Assembly: GCA_040954595.2 (NCBI GenBank)
Contig: CM082595.2
Location: 9,227,918-9,291,917, forward strand
Direction: 5' to 3'
DNA length: 64,000 nucleotides
Source of the DNA: Balanoglossus misakiensis
Taxonomy: Eukaryota > Animalia > Hemichordata
The notes under the pieces were generated by a model. The model ran no database searches. It was not told where the DNA came from and saw only the letters and a program-made list of their open reading frames with translations. Positions within the stretch are counted from its first letter, which is position 1, and every line of letters begins with the position of its first letter. The translations under genes were made by a program, and so were the position numbers. Positions 62,660 through 64,000 of the stretch are shown here, one piece after another.

Positions 62660-64000
62660 GTCCACTGTTTTAAATTTTTTCATCGGTTTTACTTTAAAGG
62701 ATGCCCACAAACTGCAACAGTAAATATTACTACAATATGCCAAAAATAAAACTTTCTTCACATCTTGACTAAAATGTTGAAAATGTCTCAATAGCATGTT
62801 TGCTCTAACACAAAATGCTCTTCTCTGACGTTCAATATCTTCATTATCACAACCCTCACAAGATATAACATGGCCCAGATAGGTGTGTACAGGTACAAAC
62901 TTTAAAGTGATGTCATTAAGTTTAACCGAAGGAATTCTTTGAACGCTCATATTCTTCCCATTAAAAAGCATGCACACAGTTTTACTAGAATTATAAATTA
63001 TATCATAATCCTTGCCATAAATTTCACAAATTCTAAGAAGACGGTGTAGACCCTTAATACTTGGACTGAGTAGAGTCATGTCGTCAGCGTAACCTAAAGT
63101 GTTAGCGCTGACACCACACATGGTACAGCCAACTTTGGCTTTACAGAGTGCATTGATAAGATCATCAATGTAGACATTAAAAAGATAGGGAGAGAGTACT
63201 CCCCCTTGTCTTACACCGTTAGAAACAGAAAACTACTCTGAGGTTTCATTACCCCACAACACAGTAAACAATTGATTTCTGTACCATTAAAGGTCACATG
63301 TCATGCTTTGGAAAGTTTTCATTTTTCCACGTCAAAAGCTCACCTAGGGTACCTGTCTATGCATTGCCTATTGTGTCGGTTCCGAAAAATGTGCACGAAT
63401 GCCGGAATTTGCCACCTTTTTTCATGCCTGTGATCGGGGAGCCACTTCGCACTCGAGCCAGGCGAAGGTATTTGCATATGGACAAACAAGTACACTATGT
63501 CGTAGTGTACCATTCTGTTTACAGTAAAGTGTAATTATCGGTCCATGAGTAATTAAGTCCACAGACAAAGATAAGCTATATAAACAGTGTTCAAAGCAAA
63601 GGAAGCCCTTGCCTCACATTGCAGGCAGAGGATTTACAAAGGTGTGAAAGACTATTTGTCCACATCAAGATAAGTCTTCGGCTTAACTTCGAAAAGCCAA
63701 AAAAAATCGACTGAGTTGGGTTAGGGGTACACGCCCACCCGCCACTTTTACTTGCTTGTTATCTAAGCACAAGGGGCAAAACGCATTGCAAGATAGTAAC
63801 ATACGTTAACTTCAAGACCCAAATAGTGATTTTACGCGTGGTTGTATAGGGCATGGCATGTGACCTTTAATATAAAATTCGTACAGCATACAAGGGAACA
63901 TTCCTGTCGATGAGCTTGTTAACCAGTTTAAAGTGATTAACTCTGTCAAAAGCTTTTGAAGCATCCAGAAAACAAGTAAACACTGGTCTTCCATTGCTGG
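62660..64000 (-). mobile_element. LINE reverse transcriptase fragment (Daphne/L2-group-like), interrupted by a MITE; continues past the window end
   Basis: CFLDASKAFDRVNH...GVRQGGVLSPYLFNVYIDDL...YADDMTLLSPS...YNSSKT...YLG. Confidence 0.9.
63291..63866. mobile_element. Non-autonomous DNA transposon with TTAA TSD (Kolobok-like) nested in the LINE
   Basis: TTAA|AGGTCACATGTCATGC ... GCATGGCATGTGACCT|TTAA; LINE sequence rejoins across it. Confidence 0.9.

Noticed and set aside
1-64000. tRNA, rRNA or snRNA genes
   Set aside because: None recognised by eye; a covariance-model scan was not possible.

Overview
AT-rich, intron-containing animal genomic DNA; the repeat types suggest a marine invertebrate such as a hemichordate or echinoderm (inference). 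There are no prokaryotic features. (1) 1.2-12.8 kb: 14 plus-strand exons of an Uninflatable-like mosaic extracellular protein (C-type lectin, 3 CUB, 4 sushi with one truncated, 2 calcium-binding EGF). It has three frame-breaking lesions, all inside the CUB1/CUB2 exons, and no further exons are visible downstream. (2) 13.6-32.0 kb: an ~18.4-kb homogeneous satellite of interleaved 90-bp and 74/75-bp monomers with higher-order structure; all long ORFs in the ORF track are artefacts of it. (3) 32-64 kb: smaller tandem arrays, many MITEs and Helentron-type repeats, three LINE fragments, a decayed intron-containing hAT transposase, and a segmental duplication. The duplication carries paired minus-strand micro-exons: one is signal-peptide-like, the other is its paralogue with an internal micro-inversion, and the two splice in frame. 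All coordinates and counts were read by hand; family assignments come from motif recognition, not database searches.
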